NCBI RefSeq assembly: GCF_006345805.1
Contig: NC_042999.1
Span: 144,646,001 to 144,710,000, forward strand
Direction of reading: 5' to 3'
DNA from: Octopus sinensis
Lineage: Eukaryota
DNA length: 64,000 nt
Shown: positions 12,001 through 24,668 of the stretch, one piece after another
How positions within the stretch are numbered: position 1 is the first letter of the stretch
How the letters are laid out: every line of letters starts with the position of its first letter
Translations under genes and position numbers: made by a program
Notes under the pieces: generated by a model
Database searches by the model: none
What the model saw: the letters and a program-made list of their open reading frames with translations, nothing else
What the model was told of the DNA's origin: nothing

Positions 12001-15000
12001 CTACCCTCCTGGGCATTTGAGAGAGTTTAAGCCCCTCATACTCTTAGTACTTACTGTTCCTGTGTATCTGTCACACATGAAAGTGACCTTATCTGATAAC
12101 CTTCCCACAATTCCACTGCATCTCTCATGCATCCATAGCTTACACTTGGTGTAGCAAATAGAATTACATCCCACTTCTTTCCTACATATTGAACAGGGCC
12201 ATTTGCCAGCTAGAATGAGAGTCTTATCTCCTATCTTTCTAATAATAACTTTAGTCTTTGCGAAGTTAGCTTTAAGGCCCTTTGATTCCAGGTTTTACTT
12301 CCAAACCTGGCACTTCTCCACTTCTGCTTCAGAATCTGCAATAAGAGCAAGATCATCAGTCTATAGTTCCCATGAGCATTCAGTTTTGAATTCATCTGTT
12401 ATGGCCTGGAGAACTATGTTGAATAAGAGTGAACTAAGATCTGATCCCTGGTGTACTCCAACTTGTACATTAAATTCATCACTGTATTCAAAGCCAACTC
12501 TCACCTTACTGACAACATCGCTGTACATGGCTTGTACCACTCTAACAAGCCACTCCTCTACTCCTAGCTTCCTTAGAGACTACCAAATAAGAGAGCAGGG
12601 AACCCTGTCAAAAGCTTTCTCCAGGTTAACGAAAGCTAAGTACAGTGGCTTACTTTTCGCCAAATACTTTTCTTGCAACTGTCTCACTATGAAGATGGCA
12701 TCTGTAGTACTTCTCTCAGGAACAACACTAAACTGCATCCCATTTAGATTAATTCAGTCCCTAATTACTTGAGATATAACTCTCTCTCTGATTTTCATGA
12801 ACTGATCCAGCAGTTTGGTACCTCTGTAGTTGTTTCGATCTAAGGCATCACCTTTACCCTTATAGCAGCTGACTATAATACTGCTACACCAGTCTTGGGG
12901 GACGATGCTTTCCTGAATAACCTGATTAACTATGTGAGTGACTAGGCTGTATTCCACACCACCTGATATTTTATTCATCTCGGCAGTGATACCCAATGGT
13001 CCAGGGGCTTTCCCAGTCTTCATTTTTTTAATTGCCTTATCTATTATACTGCTATCCATTCTGATGGCTGGTCCCTCAATTGGTTCACTATTTGAAAGAC
13101 TCTCTTTCTCCCAATCATTTTCCACATTTAACAACCTTTCATAATGGCATCTGATACTAGGTTTATCTAAGAATGCTATTAACTATTATAACAATGAAAT
13201 ATGAAGTTAATTTGGCTGTTTGAGTGATACTATTCTCTATTTGAAATGTTTTTGATTCATCACCCAGACTATGCTTATGACAATATTTTATTGGTTTCAG
13301 TCATTAAAATGCAACTATACTGAGACACTGTGCCTTCAAGGGTTTTAGGCAATCTCATCATTTCTACTACTCATTTCTGTCTAGGCCTTACTCTAATTAT
13401 TGGATGGCTCAATTATCTTTTTGACATTTTTTATGAGCTGGTAGTGTTGTATCAAACACAAGAATGCAAACATGGATGTGCACACATGCATACATACAGT
13501 GCTCACCAAATTCCACTCTTCATCATCATTATTTAATGTCCATTGTCCATACTGGCATGGACTGGACAATTTGACATGGGCTGGCAAGCTGAGGAGCTGC
13601 ACAGATTTTGGCATGGTTTCTATGGCTGGATGCCCTTCCTAATGCCAGCCATTTCGATAATGAACTGAGGCTATCATCAGAAACACTTGTCTCTGGCCAT
13701 GCAGTGAAATCAAACCTGAAACCATGCCTACATATGTTTCAAGATGCTGAAAACTAAAAGCTCTAGTTGAAAACAAATTTATAAACAGGAAAATCTTTTA
13801 AGCATAGAAATAACTTTTGAAGTTTATAGGTACATTCTGATTTTGATATAAAATGATCATGACAAAATATAGTACCTGATTACAGATAGGGTTTTTTTTT
13901 TTTTCAATTTATTTTTTTTATGCCAACATTTGTGGAATGATATTCACAACTTTAGACATTGGGATACTGTTGAAACAATGATTTCTTCAAGTGAATATCC
14001 TTTCTGCTGATAATTACTCAACTGTAGAACCAATTGTTTGTCAAGCAACCAGAAATAATCAGTTCTAATAATATCAAAAGCACAACGCAGGATTTATAGC
14101 AGCATTAGTTGCAGTAATATTTGAGTTCATGACCATGTGTTCAGAAGTCCAGCTCCTAAAACAAAAATAAAGTTGTAAGGGAAATTAATTTTAAAATGTT
14201 CTTTTTATTTCAGGTTCCAAAAGATTTGGTTAAAGGAAAACAAGTGAAAGTTGTGTTTAATAAAAAACATCTCAAAATCTCCTATAAAGATGATAATGGA
14301 GAAGAAAATATCCTAGTAGACGATGATCTAATGTGGGAGATCCACAAAGAGGAATGTATGTGGAGTTTAATTCCTGGAGAACATGTTCATGTAAGTATAC
14401 ATTACTATTTAGAACTGTAGTACACAGCAGAAAGATAATAATCACATCCATTTGCATTCTAGGTTTAAGTCTAGTATTAAAATGTCTATGCCCTCTAACA
14501 AAATTTGTCACCTTGTACTTTTATTAAAAATTATTATTAAGAGAGCAGTCTAAATGGTGGATTGGTAGGGTTAAATGAGTGTTGGACAAAATGTCTTCCA
14601 GTATTTATTCTGACTCTTTATCTTCTGAGTTAAAATCAATGTCAATTTTGCCTTTTATCTCATCATAGTTGATAAAATAAAGTGCTAAACAAGTATGTGG
14701 ATCAATGGCATTCACTAATTCCCACTCCAAATTACAGGCCTTGTGCCTATGCTAGAAACAATTATAAAGAGTGATGATGATGGGTGGCAGAATGAATAGA
14801 CTTGCTGGACAAAATGCATTGCAGTCTTTAATTATCTCCCTTCACATTCTGAGTTCACATCCTTGTCCTGTTAGCTTTACTTTTCTTCCTTCCAGAGAAG
14901 TACTTTGGTTGATGCAATTGATTGTACCTCTTCCACCAAATTTGGGGATTTAAGGTAAAACTAGAAATCACCGGAGAAAGTTCACTGAGCTTTTACCTCT

Positions 15001-18000
15001 GTTGACAACCAAAGGTCCCCTCCCCTCTCTCCCTCTCTGAGTAAAAAGAAGATTGTATGAGGTATGTATGTAAGCTACATGGTATTGAGCCATGGACCCT
15101 GAATGCAGAGGACATGCGAAGACTAGAGAGGAACAAAGCTGGTATGCTCTACTGGATGTGTAATGTCAGTGTGCTGGGGGAAAAATTAGGCATAAGAGGA
15201 ATTAGATGCAGCATGGCTTGGTCATGTGATGCAGATGGATGAGGACAGTTGTATAAAGAAGTATTGATCACTTAAAGTGGAGAGAAGTTGTGGAAGAAGG
15301 AGACATGGGATGAAGTGTTGAAGACCAATCTCAAAACACTGAGCCTTACAAAGGAAATAACAAAGGGCCAAGATGGATAGTGCCTTGCTGTACTCAAGAA
15401 GACCAGCCCACCACAGCGAAATTAATACTCTAAAACCAAGGTTCAATGTAAAAAGCATCCAGTACTCGCCATAAAGTGGTTGGTGTAAAGAATGACATCC
15501 AGTTGTAGAAACCAAGCCAAAATACCTGGTATGGTCCCTGTTCTTGCCAGCATGGAAAATGGATATTAAATTATGGTTAATCTTATTAATGTGGTGAAGT
15601 GAAAGACTGGATCAAATGCTTCTGTATAACTTTATACAAATTGCACCAGGATTAATTCTAAATGTCATTTTTCCTATGGTGAATATAATACACACTAGTT
15701 ATATATTGCGTAGTGGTTTATTTGGCCTGTGCTATCAATAAAAAAAAAAATGGTCATTAAGTAAAGTTAATTTATTGACCACAAGTTTTAAATTTTTGTT
15801 TTAATATCTTTCTAATGATTTGCCTTCATTATTTTTCATCAGTTTAGCTCCAGATATGCTCTAAATAAGTGGACACATAAGTAAAGCACTCCAGCTATGA
15901 TCATGCCATCCTATTTTCAAATAATGTATTCAGGACTATATTATTCAATGCCTCTTTCCTTTTAGCAAAGTAAGTTAAAAGTATTGATGGTGTGTGTATG
16001 GCAGATGTGGTGGCGATGGTGGTGGTACTGTTGTTTATAATGCAGCTTGGCAATAAATTCCAAGTCGACAAATTATATCGTTGTTTTGATAAAATTAATT
16101 CATTGCTTGAAAAATATTGTTCAAGTTTAATAAAATTCAATATGTACTCAGTGCATGAAGTGTCATTGTTGGGCCCAAGGCCTAATGAAGGTCCCACCAC
16201 AGGAGTTAACTTAAAAGCTGCTCTCTCGGATGGCTTTTAAGCTAGTTTCTAATATACCACAAAATATCTTCATTGAATTTTAATTCTAAATCTATGAGAT
16301 AATTGTTGAAGATTTTATCTACTTAGATTAAAGTATTATTTGTTTGTATTTTTCATATATGCTATTGACTACTTATCTATCGTGATATGTTTTTGCATTA
16401 TGTTTTGTGTTGTTTATTCTTCTATCATCTTTGGGTTCTTTATTTCTGAATAGTCATGTTTTTGTCTGTAATATCTGGTGCTACCGAAGACCCAACCACC
16501 ACCAGCAAAACAAGTGTTGTGTTTAGAGTCAGGGATATTTTTACCCTGCAACCTTCACTTGCTGACCATACCACTTTGATACCGCTCATCTGCCTATTGC
16601 TTACCTTTTCTTCTCTATTCACATATCTTTCTATCATTCCTGTCCTTCCATCTCTCATCTCTCTACCACTTGCACTGTCTACATCATTCTTACGCCTCTG
16701 ACTTCTTCATCTTTCTTCAGGCCTCTGTATAAGACACTGTATTGCACCATCTTCATCTCTCTACCACACTCTCCCATCCCAAAGTCATATATGAGAGACC
16801 ACATAGAACCATTCAACACAATAACCTCACAACCATCATACTTGAAAATCTTCTGATTGCATCTTAATTTACTATATTCATCATTATGTTAGGAAATCTT
16901 TATCTACTTGCTGTATTGGTTCTACACTCTAATAACAAATATCAAAACTTACATTGAAGCTACTCTTTCTCATTGAAAATTTAATATATTTCCAGATTTC
17001 TTTAGAAAAAGTACAAGAGCGTTGGTGGGAAGCTGTGTTTGTTAATGAGCCCAAGATCAATGTTCGAGAAATTGACTGTTCACGCCCAATGTCAGATTTA
17101 AAAGAAGACGAACAGATGAAACTACATGAGTTGATGCACAACGAGCGACAGAAACGTCTGGGATTGCCACAGTCTCATGAAGAGGTAAATCTTTTTGATG
17201 ATCCTTTTGACATAGTTACTTGACTTCTCAGGATTAGCGATACCTATCAATGGGTGATTCTTTATTCCCATAAGACACAAAATAAAAAAAATTTTTTAGT
17301 ATATTAGACTGAATTCATTCACAATTACTGCATCATCATGAGAATGATATATTATGGAAATGATGTTGATCACTTTGAATTAACCCTTTTTCCTTTCTCA
17401 TTATCAATTTTTATTGATTTTGTCGTAGTGTTTTACAGAAACCTTTTTATATTTCCAATTATTTTAACATGGAATATCACTTTATGTGTTTGTATATATA
17501 TATATATATATATATAATGTGTGTGTGTGTGTGTTTATATTTTGGTGTTAGGAAGGGCATCCAGCCATAGAAACCATGCCAAATCAGACTAGAACCTGGT
17601 GCAGCCTCTGGCTTACCAGTTCCAATCAAACCATCTAACCCATGCCAGCATAAAAAGCGGCTGTTAAAGGATGATATATATTTATTTATATATAAATGAT
17701 CAGAAGATGAGAATGGCTGTTAAAGGAAAACTCCTGAAGGGAAAGTTTTCAAATTGCAACAAATGATGTTAATTTATTTAACCTGAGAGGAAAGCATTGA
17801 GAATTTCAGTAATGTAGGAGAGAGCTGAACATTTAGAGATAACTTCAAAGCCACTGAGTAGTTTTATAGATGAAATAAAATTTCAGCTGAGCAGTAGCCA
17901 ACATAAATGTGGTAGAGTCTTATATATGTAATATAGTGGATTAAAAAACTTCAACTGACTGAAGATTATCTATGAAAAGTTTTTTTCTCGTTTCAATTAT

Positions 18001-19675
18001 TGAACTGCAGCCATGCTAGGGAACCACCTTCATGAGCTTTAATCAAATAAACCAACCCTCATTACTTATTTTTCTTTTTAAGTCTGATATTTAATCTAAC
18101 ATTGCTTTTGTGAAACTGCTAAGTTAAGGTGAATGATATACACTCATTAGATGGAATGATTCACAGCAGGTCTGTCAAAAGATTTGGAAATATCTGGTAC
18201 CATGAGGAAGAATAATATGAAGTGCTTACAGTTACAGGGCAATTTATGGAAACAAGCCAGAACATTATTAGAGAGAGCTATGTGTCAGTGATTCAAGTAT
18301 AGTACCTCTCTTCAGTTACAAAAAGAAAAACGTTTGTTAAATGGCACTGTGAGAAATCTTAAGTATATGCAGGTGTCTACTAAAGTCTTCTCTGGTTTAT
18401 TCTAATTACTAGTCATAGCAGCTGATTTGGTGGCATGTAAGTATTCCAGTCGCTTGATTCTAGTAGATTCCATCAAATATTTTAAATTTTAGTTTGAAAT
18501 CTAGAAAACAGATGGAAAAAAATGTATAACAGTTGATATAGAAAAAAAAACATGGCAAAGTTGATCAGATACTGGGTTACCCCGCCAAAGGATTGTCAGT
18601 CGTATCTTGTAACCAGCATTGTTCTTTGTTTATTTTAAGATTCGTTAGCAACAGGAAATACTACAATTCAGTAGCACAATGGTCTTGTGCAGCATATAGA
18701 AAAGCAATTCCATTCTGTGTAGACAATAATTCTGTTCACAAGTAATGCAGTAAAAAGAAACATCATTTCAACATATCAATTATGCTAGAACTAGTAACAG
18801 AAGCAACTCTGAACTTGGGACTTTAAATTCCCAGATTGTTTACTAGCAGTAGTAGTCAAGTTTTGATATGTATGTGAATTGATTACAGCACAGGAGAAAT
18901 TAGTGTTCTATAATGGTTATGATTAGATAATTATGAAAGAAGTTCCCAAAAGATAAAATGCTTCTTGATTCAAGCAAAGAGCAGTTTGTATGGTGCATAT
19001 GTAAGAAGTGCAATGTTGTATTAAAGTGAAACCTGATCAATGTTTGTAGATGATAGGAAGTAAGTAGATAAGGTTGAAATGATTCTGTTATGTATATAAA
19101 ACAGGAACTTTTAAGTGGATGTATGTCAGAGTGACAATTATATTAGTTTCAACACATGAATGGACAATATAAGCAGTATGAAGAGCTGCTAGTCGAATGC
19201 CTCTAGCAAAGCAGCAAGCCAAGGAAAAATTGGAAATCAGTCATGGCTGACTAGAAAATAAGGCTTTACAAGACTTAAATATCTGGAAGGCTGCTATCTA
19301 GCATTTCAGCAAGGAAAAGATTTACATAAACCTGAAATTATCATAGCATATTCATGACTATTCTATCCATTCATTATAAGACACTCAGATAAAATTTGAA
19401 TAAGATTTGACTGCTATTTCCAACAGGTCAAGCGACTGTTTTGTGACTCCTTCATTTGTTCATTTGTGGCAGTGATGATGATGATTACCATTTTGTTTTC
19501 TTCATTTTCTTTTAGCTTGCATTTAATTTACTTTTTTCATATTTCTTTATTACAGAAAGCACATGATATGCTGAAACAAGCTTGGCATGCTGAAGGGTCA
19601 CCTTTCAAAGGTCAGGAATTTGACCCAAGTAAATTTAAGATAGACCCCAGTGGTGTTTTGACAATGAATCAATGA
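2965..19675 (+). CDS. NUDCD3: NudC domain-containing protein 3, 5'-partial spliced CDS: join(2965-3046,8444-8534,9223-9400,10395-10497,14214-14390,16996-17184,19556-19675)
   Basis: All introns are GT-AG and phases match (2/0/1/2/0/0/0). The translation has the NudC N-terminal motif RTDFYHLLR...GFPPG, the CS/p23-domain start CYNGAERDTYSWSQSITD, WWEAVFVNEPKINVREID and the C-terminal AWHAEGSPFKGQEFDP typical of NUDCD3. The first coding exon is not in the window. Confidence 0.93.
3390..4425 (-). mobile_element. Decayed RTE/BovB-like LINE ORF2 fragment
   Basis: GTKQRCLLAFVLF...GVKFKFHTGG; LKWQDKISNVRILEK; SRWVGHIV; many stops and frameshifts. Confidence 0.8.
5562..5748 (-). mobile_element. SINE family C copy
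   Basis: Similar to 696-925 over head and core. Confidence 0.7.
5765..5930 (+). mobile_element. CORE-type SINE 5' part
   Basis: CCCAACCACATGGTT..GTTCAGTTCCAC...CTGCTATAACCCTAGG. Confidence 0.65.
6441..7555 (-). mobile_element. Mariner (Tc1/mariner) transposon, defective transposase ~7512-6590
   Basis: MEVTKEHIWHILL N-terminus; TG(D)EKKWIFY, SVWWDMK, ELLNPGQ motifs; TA + TIR-like TTGGGTCATCTCATAAATAATGCAG at 6441; other end not found. Confidence 0.88.
7558..7748 (-). mobile_element. RTE-type 3' tail, young copy
   Basis: (ATC)n + GCGTCCGTTTTCCATGCTAGCATGGG...; CpGs retained. Confidence 0.88.
8444..8534 (+). CDS. NUDCD3: NUDCD3 exon (SYRQFEDMAKKDPEKMMIQSDADIKKQECE)
   Basis: ttttattttag acceptor, GAAG|gttagt donor, phase 0 in / 1 out fits neighbours. 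Confidence 0.85.
9223..9400 (+). CDS. NUDCD3: NUDCD3 exon, low-complexity S/K/E linker
   Basis: cttcttgatag acceptor, CTAA|gtatgt donor, open frame, phase 1 in / 2 out. Confidence 0.85.
9622..10067 (+). mobile_element. RTE 3'UTR copy with ~61-bp internal tandem repeats and (GAT)n tail
   Basis: Three units of CTGGCCTCCGTGCTGGTGGCACGTAAAAAACACCATCCGAGC from ~9748. Confidence 0.85.
10095..10333 (+). mobile_element. tRNA(Arg-like)-head SINE family A with CR1-type tail and (AAAAAC)n
   Basis: TGGCCTAGTGG A-box, GGTTTCGATTC B-box; tail GGCGGTGCCCCAGCATGGCCACAGCTC..GAGCTGAAAC at 10261-10300. Confidence 0.88.
10395..10497 (+). CDS. NUDCD3: NUDCD3 exon (VPSNYQADSECYNGAERDTYSWSQSITDCDLRVK)
   Basis: ttattccag acceptor, AAG|gtagag donor, conserved YNGA..Y.WSQ motif. 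Confidence 0.93.
10615..13150 (-). mobile_element. 5'-truncated RTE LINE: RT domain, C-terminus, long 3'UTR, tail
   Basis: KMKTGKAPGP.GITAEM, YKGKGDALDRNNYRG, HGSETWAL, WFGHVMRM, GKPRKTWDEVV; frameshifted. Confidence 0.92.
13518..13655 (-). mobile_element. RTE-type 3' tail
   Basis: (ATC)n-TTTAATGTCC...GGATGCCCTTCCTAATGCCA. Confidence 0.75.
14214..14390 (+). CDS. NUDCD3: NUDCD3 exon, CS domain (VPKDLVKGKQVKV...WSLIPGEHVH)
   Basis: ttttatttcag acceptor, CAT|gtaagt donor. Confidence 0.93.
14540..14960 (+). mobile_element. Two tandem degenerate SINE family C copies
   Basis: Repeated GGACAAAATG...TTCTGAGTT head segments. Confidence 0.55.
15050..15570 (+). mobile_element. RTE ORF2 C-terminal fragment and tail
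   Basis: LHGIEPWTLNAEDMRRLERN motif. Confidence 0.75.
16996..17184 (+). CDS. NUDCD3: NUDCD3 exon (ISLEKVQERWWEAVF...GLPQSHEE)
   Basis: atttccag acceptor, GAG|gtaaat donor. Confidence 0.93.
17495..17534. repeat. (TA)n(TG)n microsatellite
   Basis: Direct reading. Confidence 0.9.
17545..17680 (+). mobile_element. RTE-type 3' tail
   Basis: TTAGGAAGGGCATCCAGCCATAGAAACC...CATGCCAGCAT. Confidence 0.75.
19556..19675 (+). CDS. NUDCD3: NUDCD3 last coding exon (KAHDMLKQAWHAEGSPFKGQEFDP...NQ*)
   Basis: ttctttattacag acceptor, TGA stop. Confidence 0.93.
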   Translation, partial: KAHDMLKQAWHAEGSPFKGQEFDPSKFKIDPSGVLTMNQ

Positions 19676-19716
19676 TAGTAATATATATTCATTGTTGTGA
19701 ATTGATGATCTGTATA

Positions 19717-19722
19717 AATAAA
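19717..19722 (+). terminator. Polyadenylation signal of NUDCD3 (AATAAA)
   Basis: AATAAA ~40 nt after the stop codon, followed by T-rich sequence. Confidence 0.6.
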
Positions 19723-20079
19723 ACATTAATACCCCAACACCTATTGGTTATGTATTTATTATTCTCTTCTTGAAGCGACAGCAGGCTTTATTAATATACT
19801 TTAATCAAAGGTCTAACAGATTATTTATTTTTAGGTAATTCCACATTCATGTATGGTCAAGTGGTTGAAACTGTAGACACCTGTTGGATGAGCTACACCT
19901 GTAATTAAGAGGACTATTAATGGACTAATCAGTCACATACACTATAATTCAGTAAGTTCAATAGTTGAGCTGCTGGAATATTCATCAAAAACTGGTGGAG
20001 ATTCATTTAGTTTTATTTTGTGTATTCACAATTATTACCTCTACAATGCTGATTGTATTTAAATTGTTCTGTATGTCTA

Positions 20080-20284
20080 TAGGCCCCTGGCTACATTTGT
20101 CCTCTCACTCACTCTGATGAAGGTGGAACCAGTCATGCGGCACTGGCATCCATTGTGCTCAACTGGTACTTATTTTATCAACTCTGAAAGGCAAAGTCAA
20201 CGGCAATGGAATTTGAACTCAGAATGCAAAGACAGATGAAATGCCACTAAACTTTTGCCCAGCATGCTACCAATTCTGCCAGCT
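20080..20284 (-). mobile_element. SINE family C copy
   Basis: GAATTTGAACTCAGAATG...TTCTGCCAGCT head on - strand. Confidence 0.7.
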
Positions 20285-20799
20285 AAAAATTGGAAAATTT
20301 GGTATATTTATAATTCTATGCTACATGTGTTTCATTATAGTATAAGAAACACACTGGTATTTTTTTTTTAATCTTTGAGAAGTCACAGTTTAGGAGATCC
20401 TCTATTTGTTCTCTCTCTCTCTCTATTTATATATATATTTATAACTATTATGAATAATAATAATACATTCATAATGTATTTCCTGTACTGTAATGAATCT
20501 TTTCACATGAAATTAGAAATATACCAAATTTTGCAGTCTTTGTTTTAATATATGTGTATGTGTGTCTGAGTATTTGTTAATATTTGCAATCTCTTCTAAA
20601 TTTTTTGCCTCTATCAACAAATTGTCTGCTCATTTCACACCTATGAAACTGTGGAATAAGGGATCCCTCGCTTAAAAAACAAGCTAAAACATTGAAAGCT
20701 ACTCAACTATTTTTGAAACTCCATCATGGTGTTTTATTTGAATCATTAAACTCAAAGTATTGTATCACCTAGGAGAAATAACCTAATTTCACCTGGCCA

Positions 20800-21040
20800 G
20801 TAAAGACCTAATGCTGATAACCTCATTCATATTGGAGAATCCGAGGCAAATTTGGAGAGGAAACCTGCAACTGGTGGGCCTTAAACTAAACTTAGCCAAC
20901 ATTAAAATTATACCAAATAGAAAAAAAGATAGAACTCATCTGTCATCAGGGAACTTGCTATGCATAATGTGTGGAAAAGGAGCAAGTAGAAATTTTGTAT
21001 AGTATGCTAGTGTAAATAATGAATGTACAAGCAATGTAGT
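20800..21040 (+). mobile_element. Degenerate RTE RT fragment
   Basis: GLKLNLANIK...SG..LC.MCGKGASRN resembles the post-ADD/Cys-rich region of RTE ORF2. Confidence 0.55.
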
Positions 21041-21045
21041 GGAAT

Positions 21046-21830
21046 CTTTGACTTGTCTTGGCTTGAGACAGCATTCACCCGGGGTGGGTTGAGCTGGCTT
21101 CATTCATTCTCAATGCTGCATCTCTCACAAATGCCAACCAGACCTGGCGATTTGAGGCTAATGACCGCGTGATCGCCAACCACTCCTTATTCCAACGGCA
21201 AACGCTGTAGATATAGGGGCCTAGGTTGGGTTCCAGATCAGTCTTAACTGTCATCAGCCAGGTTTTCCGTTGTCCACCACATTGCTTTTGCCAACCCTGA
21301 AGGGGAGCTGGGCAATTGCTTCGTAGATGAATTCTCCTGGTTGACGATGGAGGGCATGACCCAGCCAATGCAGACATCTCGTTAGGATGACTTGTCGGAG
21401 GGAGGTGATTCTGCACTGGTGTTGCACCGAATTGTTGGAGACAAAGTGATGCCATCGGACACGAAGGATGCGGTGTAGACAGAGGTGATCGAAGGATTCT
21501 AGTCGCATAATATTTTCCACCCTCATTGGCATGACTCACTGCCGTAAAGGAGAATCGTTCGCACTAGTGCTTGGTAGATCCGTACTTTGGTGGTGTGTCG
21601 GATCTCAGATCTTCACCAGAGTCATGCATTGAGTCGGTTGAAGGCTTGACGAGTGAGGCCGATTTGTGTTTTAATGTCAGCCTCACCTTGACCTGTAGCT
21701 GTAATGATGGCACCAAGGTATTTGAAACTCACAACCTCTTCAAGAATATCACCATTGAGGACAATGGGTGTAGTGGAATCACAGGTTGGCTAACTGCAAA
21801 GGTAGCCTTTATGTGGTAGGTGAACAGAAG
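21046..21830 (-). mobile_element. RTE (BovB/Expander-like) 3' fragment with (CAAG[T/A])n-like tail
   Basis: RLESFDHLCLHRILRVRW, WLGHALHR, KTWLMTVKTDL. Confidence 0.85.
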
Positions 21831-22129
21831 TAAGAAAGAGCACCAGGGAATTAGATTCTCTCAACTATTATGATGGCTTCTTAGAAGTAATCAATAGTTT
21901 TATGTTGGTGACCTGAGCAGCAGTGGGAACAGGTGCTCTGACAGTATAGTAGCCAAAGTATAAATATTCTATCTCTGTTGACAACAAAGAGCCTCCCCAT
22001 CAAAGCGAAGAGCAAATTGTATGATGTTTGTGCACAAAGTGCATTGCTACATGGTTGTAAGACATTTCCGTTGAATGTAAAAGATTTTTAAAGATACAAA
22101 TAAATAAAGTTGAGTAAGCTTTGCTGGAT

Positions 22130-23375
22130 GTTCAACATCAGTGTATATACATAGTGCAAATGTGTTGAGAGAAGAATTGGACATAAGAGGAATCAGATGT
22201 AGTGTGCAAGAGGGAAGAATGCACCAGCATACAGAGGAGAACCACTGCATAAAGAAGTGCCAATTGCTAAATGTCAATGGAATGAGCTGAGGGAAGACAT
22301 AGGATGAAGTATTGAAGAATGACTTCCAGATGTTACGCCTCATGTAGATGATGACTAAGAACTGAGATAATTGGTGTTTTACTGTGCTTGAAAAGACCCA
22401 TCTGTCTTAGCAAAAACAAGGCCCTAAACACATTCATGTCTATTCACATGCACCCAATGTGCTCTTGACAAGTCTCCCTAATTCATTTTCCTAACACTCA
22501 TCCCTCCTGCTTGCAGCACTATCCACTCAACTGTTGTAAATATATGAGAGCAGAACAGTATATATTTTATTACTAGTTTTCATGATACCACTCACTTTGC
22601 TTGGAACCACTTCCTTTTCTTTCCCACATTCTCAATATCATCACTTACCACCTTATTTTCCATTGAATTCCCCTTTCATTCTGTCATCATTTCCAGCCTT
22701 ATGTACCTCTGATCTCATCCCTGGTACTATGCATCTATCTCACATCCCACCCCCATACCATCTGTGCTACCACCTCTTACCTCTCTGACCCACTCCTCTT
22801 TCTTCTATTTTCTTCTCCCAAACTGATACCATTGACCATGGCTCCACCTGTGCTCACCATTCACTACATTCACCTCTTGTCTTCTCTATCCATCTTCCAT
22901 TTTCTTTTTACACTCCTTTTGAACTTACCTGCCCATTCACCTTATCCAATCATCTAGACTACTTCTATTTTATTCAGCATTCAGTAACTAGAGGGTATGC
23001 CATGACAACTTTTCACTACCATCTCTCTCTTTCCAACTAGGGTAACCTTGTTTTTTCTCTACAGTAAAATACCTTTCTGAAGCCTCTGACGTATTTAAAC
23101 CTCTCATCACCTGGCATAAAGCCACTTTCCTCAATACTACATCCATCTCATTTGAAGGGGTCTTGTCTTGCAAGTTACTTGGTAACCTCACTAGTGCCAG
23201 TGCCAGGTAGAAAGCACTCAATACACTCTGTGAATTGGTTGGCATTAGGAAAGGCATCAAGCTGTAGAAATCACGTCAAAGCAAACAATGGAGCTTGGCA
23301 CAGTCCTCTGATACACTGGTTCCTCTTGAACAGTCCAACCCATGCCAGCATAGAAAACAAATACTAAATGATGAT
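22130..23375 (+). mobile_element. RTE 3' fragment (ORF end + CT-rich 3'UTR + tail)
   Basis: ORF-end motifs, then CT-rich block, then CTTGCAAGTTACTTGG...(GAT)n. Confidence 0.75.
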
Positions 23376-23394
23376 ATATTTATTCATTTATATA

Positions 23395-24668
23395 TGGTGG
23401 CACATAAAAAGCACCCACTACACTCTCAGAGTGGTTGGTGTTAGGAAGGGCATCCAGCTGTAGAAACATTGCCAGATCAGATTGGAGCTTGGTGCAGCTG
23501 CTGGCTCTCCAGACCTTAGTCAAACTGTCCAACCCATGCCAGCATGGAAAATGGATGTTAAATGATGCTGATAATGATAATATTAGCAAGACTGGAAAGA
23601 AATGAAGCACGCATACTCTGTTGGATGTGCAATGTGAGCGTACATTAAAGAATAAGTGCTGAGTGAAAAACTGGGTATAAGAGAATTCAGAAGTTGTGTT
23701 CAAGGAAGAAGACTGTGCTGGTATGGACATGTGATGTGCATGGATGCGGACAGCTGTATAAGGAAGTGCTGATCACTTAATGTGGCTGGAACCTGCTGAA
23801 GATGAAGACATGCAATGAAGTGGTGAAAGCTGGCCTTGAGACCTTCAGTCTGATGGATGAGATGACAAAGGACCAAGATCTCTGACAATATGAGGTTGTC
23901 AAAAAGGCTTACCCTTCTCAGCAAAACTAGGTTCTGGAAGTTCTGTTTTAGTTTCACCGCTTGTTACAATAGAGCTCCACCTCCTCATGCATTATGCCTA
24001 CCTCTTCTCAATCTGCCCTGGCTCCATAGACTATCCGACCATATCATATCTTTCTTGTCCTTCTCCCACCCCAACAACTGTATCGTCTTTACTATTTTAC
24101 TATTCCTGCTACTTACCACTCCCACTTTTCCTCAGATCATGGTTCGTATTTCATCCACTCTTCAGCCCTACCCATTTTGGCAATCTGCCTCCCCACCCCT
24201 GATTCACCTTTCCATACACCCACTTCTATTCAGTGTGTGCCTTGTGGGGCCAACTGGGCACCTTATTACCATTACCTATGTCTTGCAGCTCCTATTGATC
24301 ATTTTTTGTTTCTCTCCCCACCTTTTTCCCAGCTAGATGTGGAGTAGCCATGCAAATTCTTCTGCAGGTACCTGCTTTGCCTCACCTCTTGTAGTAATCC
24401 CCATCGTTCCTTATCATGAAGCTGGCCCTCCATCTCCCCAGGGCATATAGTCATGCAAACGCCATGGCAACCTCAATGATGCAGGTGACATGAAAAAGTA
24501 ACTAGTCCACACTGTGAAGTGGTTGATATTAGAAAAGACATCTTGCTATAAAAACTATGCCAATGCAAACACTGGAGCTTAATGCAGTCTTTGGACACAC
24601 TGGATCCTGTCAAACTCACCAACCCATTCCAGCATGGAACGTGGACATTAAATGATGATGATGAAGAT
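23395..24668 (+). mobile_element. RTE tail followed by a second RTE 3' fragment
   Basis: Tail 23395-23580; ORF end ~23610-23900; CT-rich block; tail ending (GAT)n ~24665. Confidence 0.72.

Noticed and set aside
12203-12772. 189-aa + strand ORF
   Set aside because: Antisense shadow of the RTE reverse transcriptase on the - strand
16180-16235. ATGA...AA...GA pattern as a SECIS element
   Set aside because: Helix II cannot pair; intronic location; no in-frame UGA selenoprotein nearby
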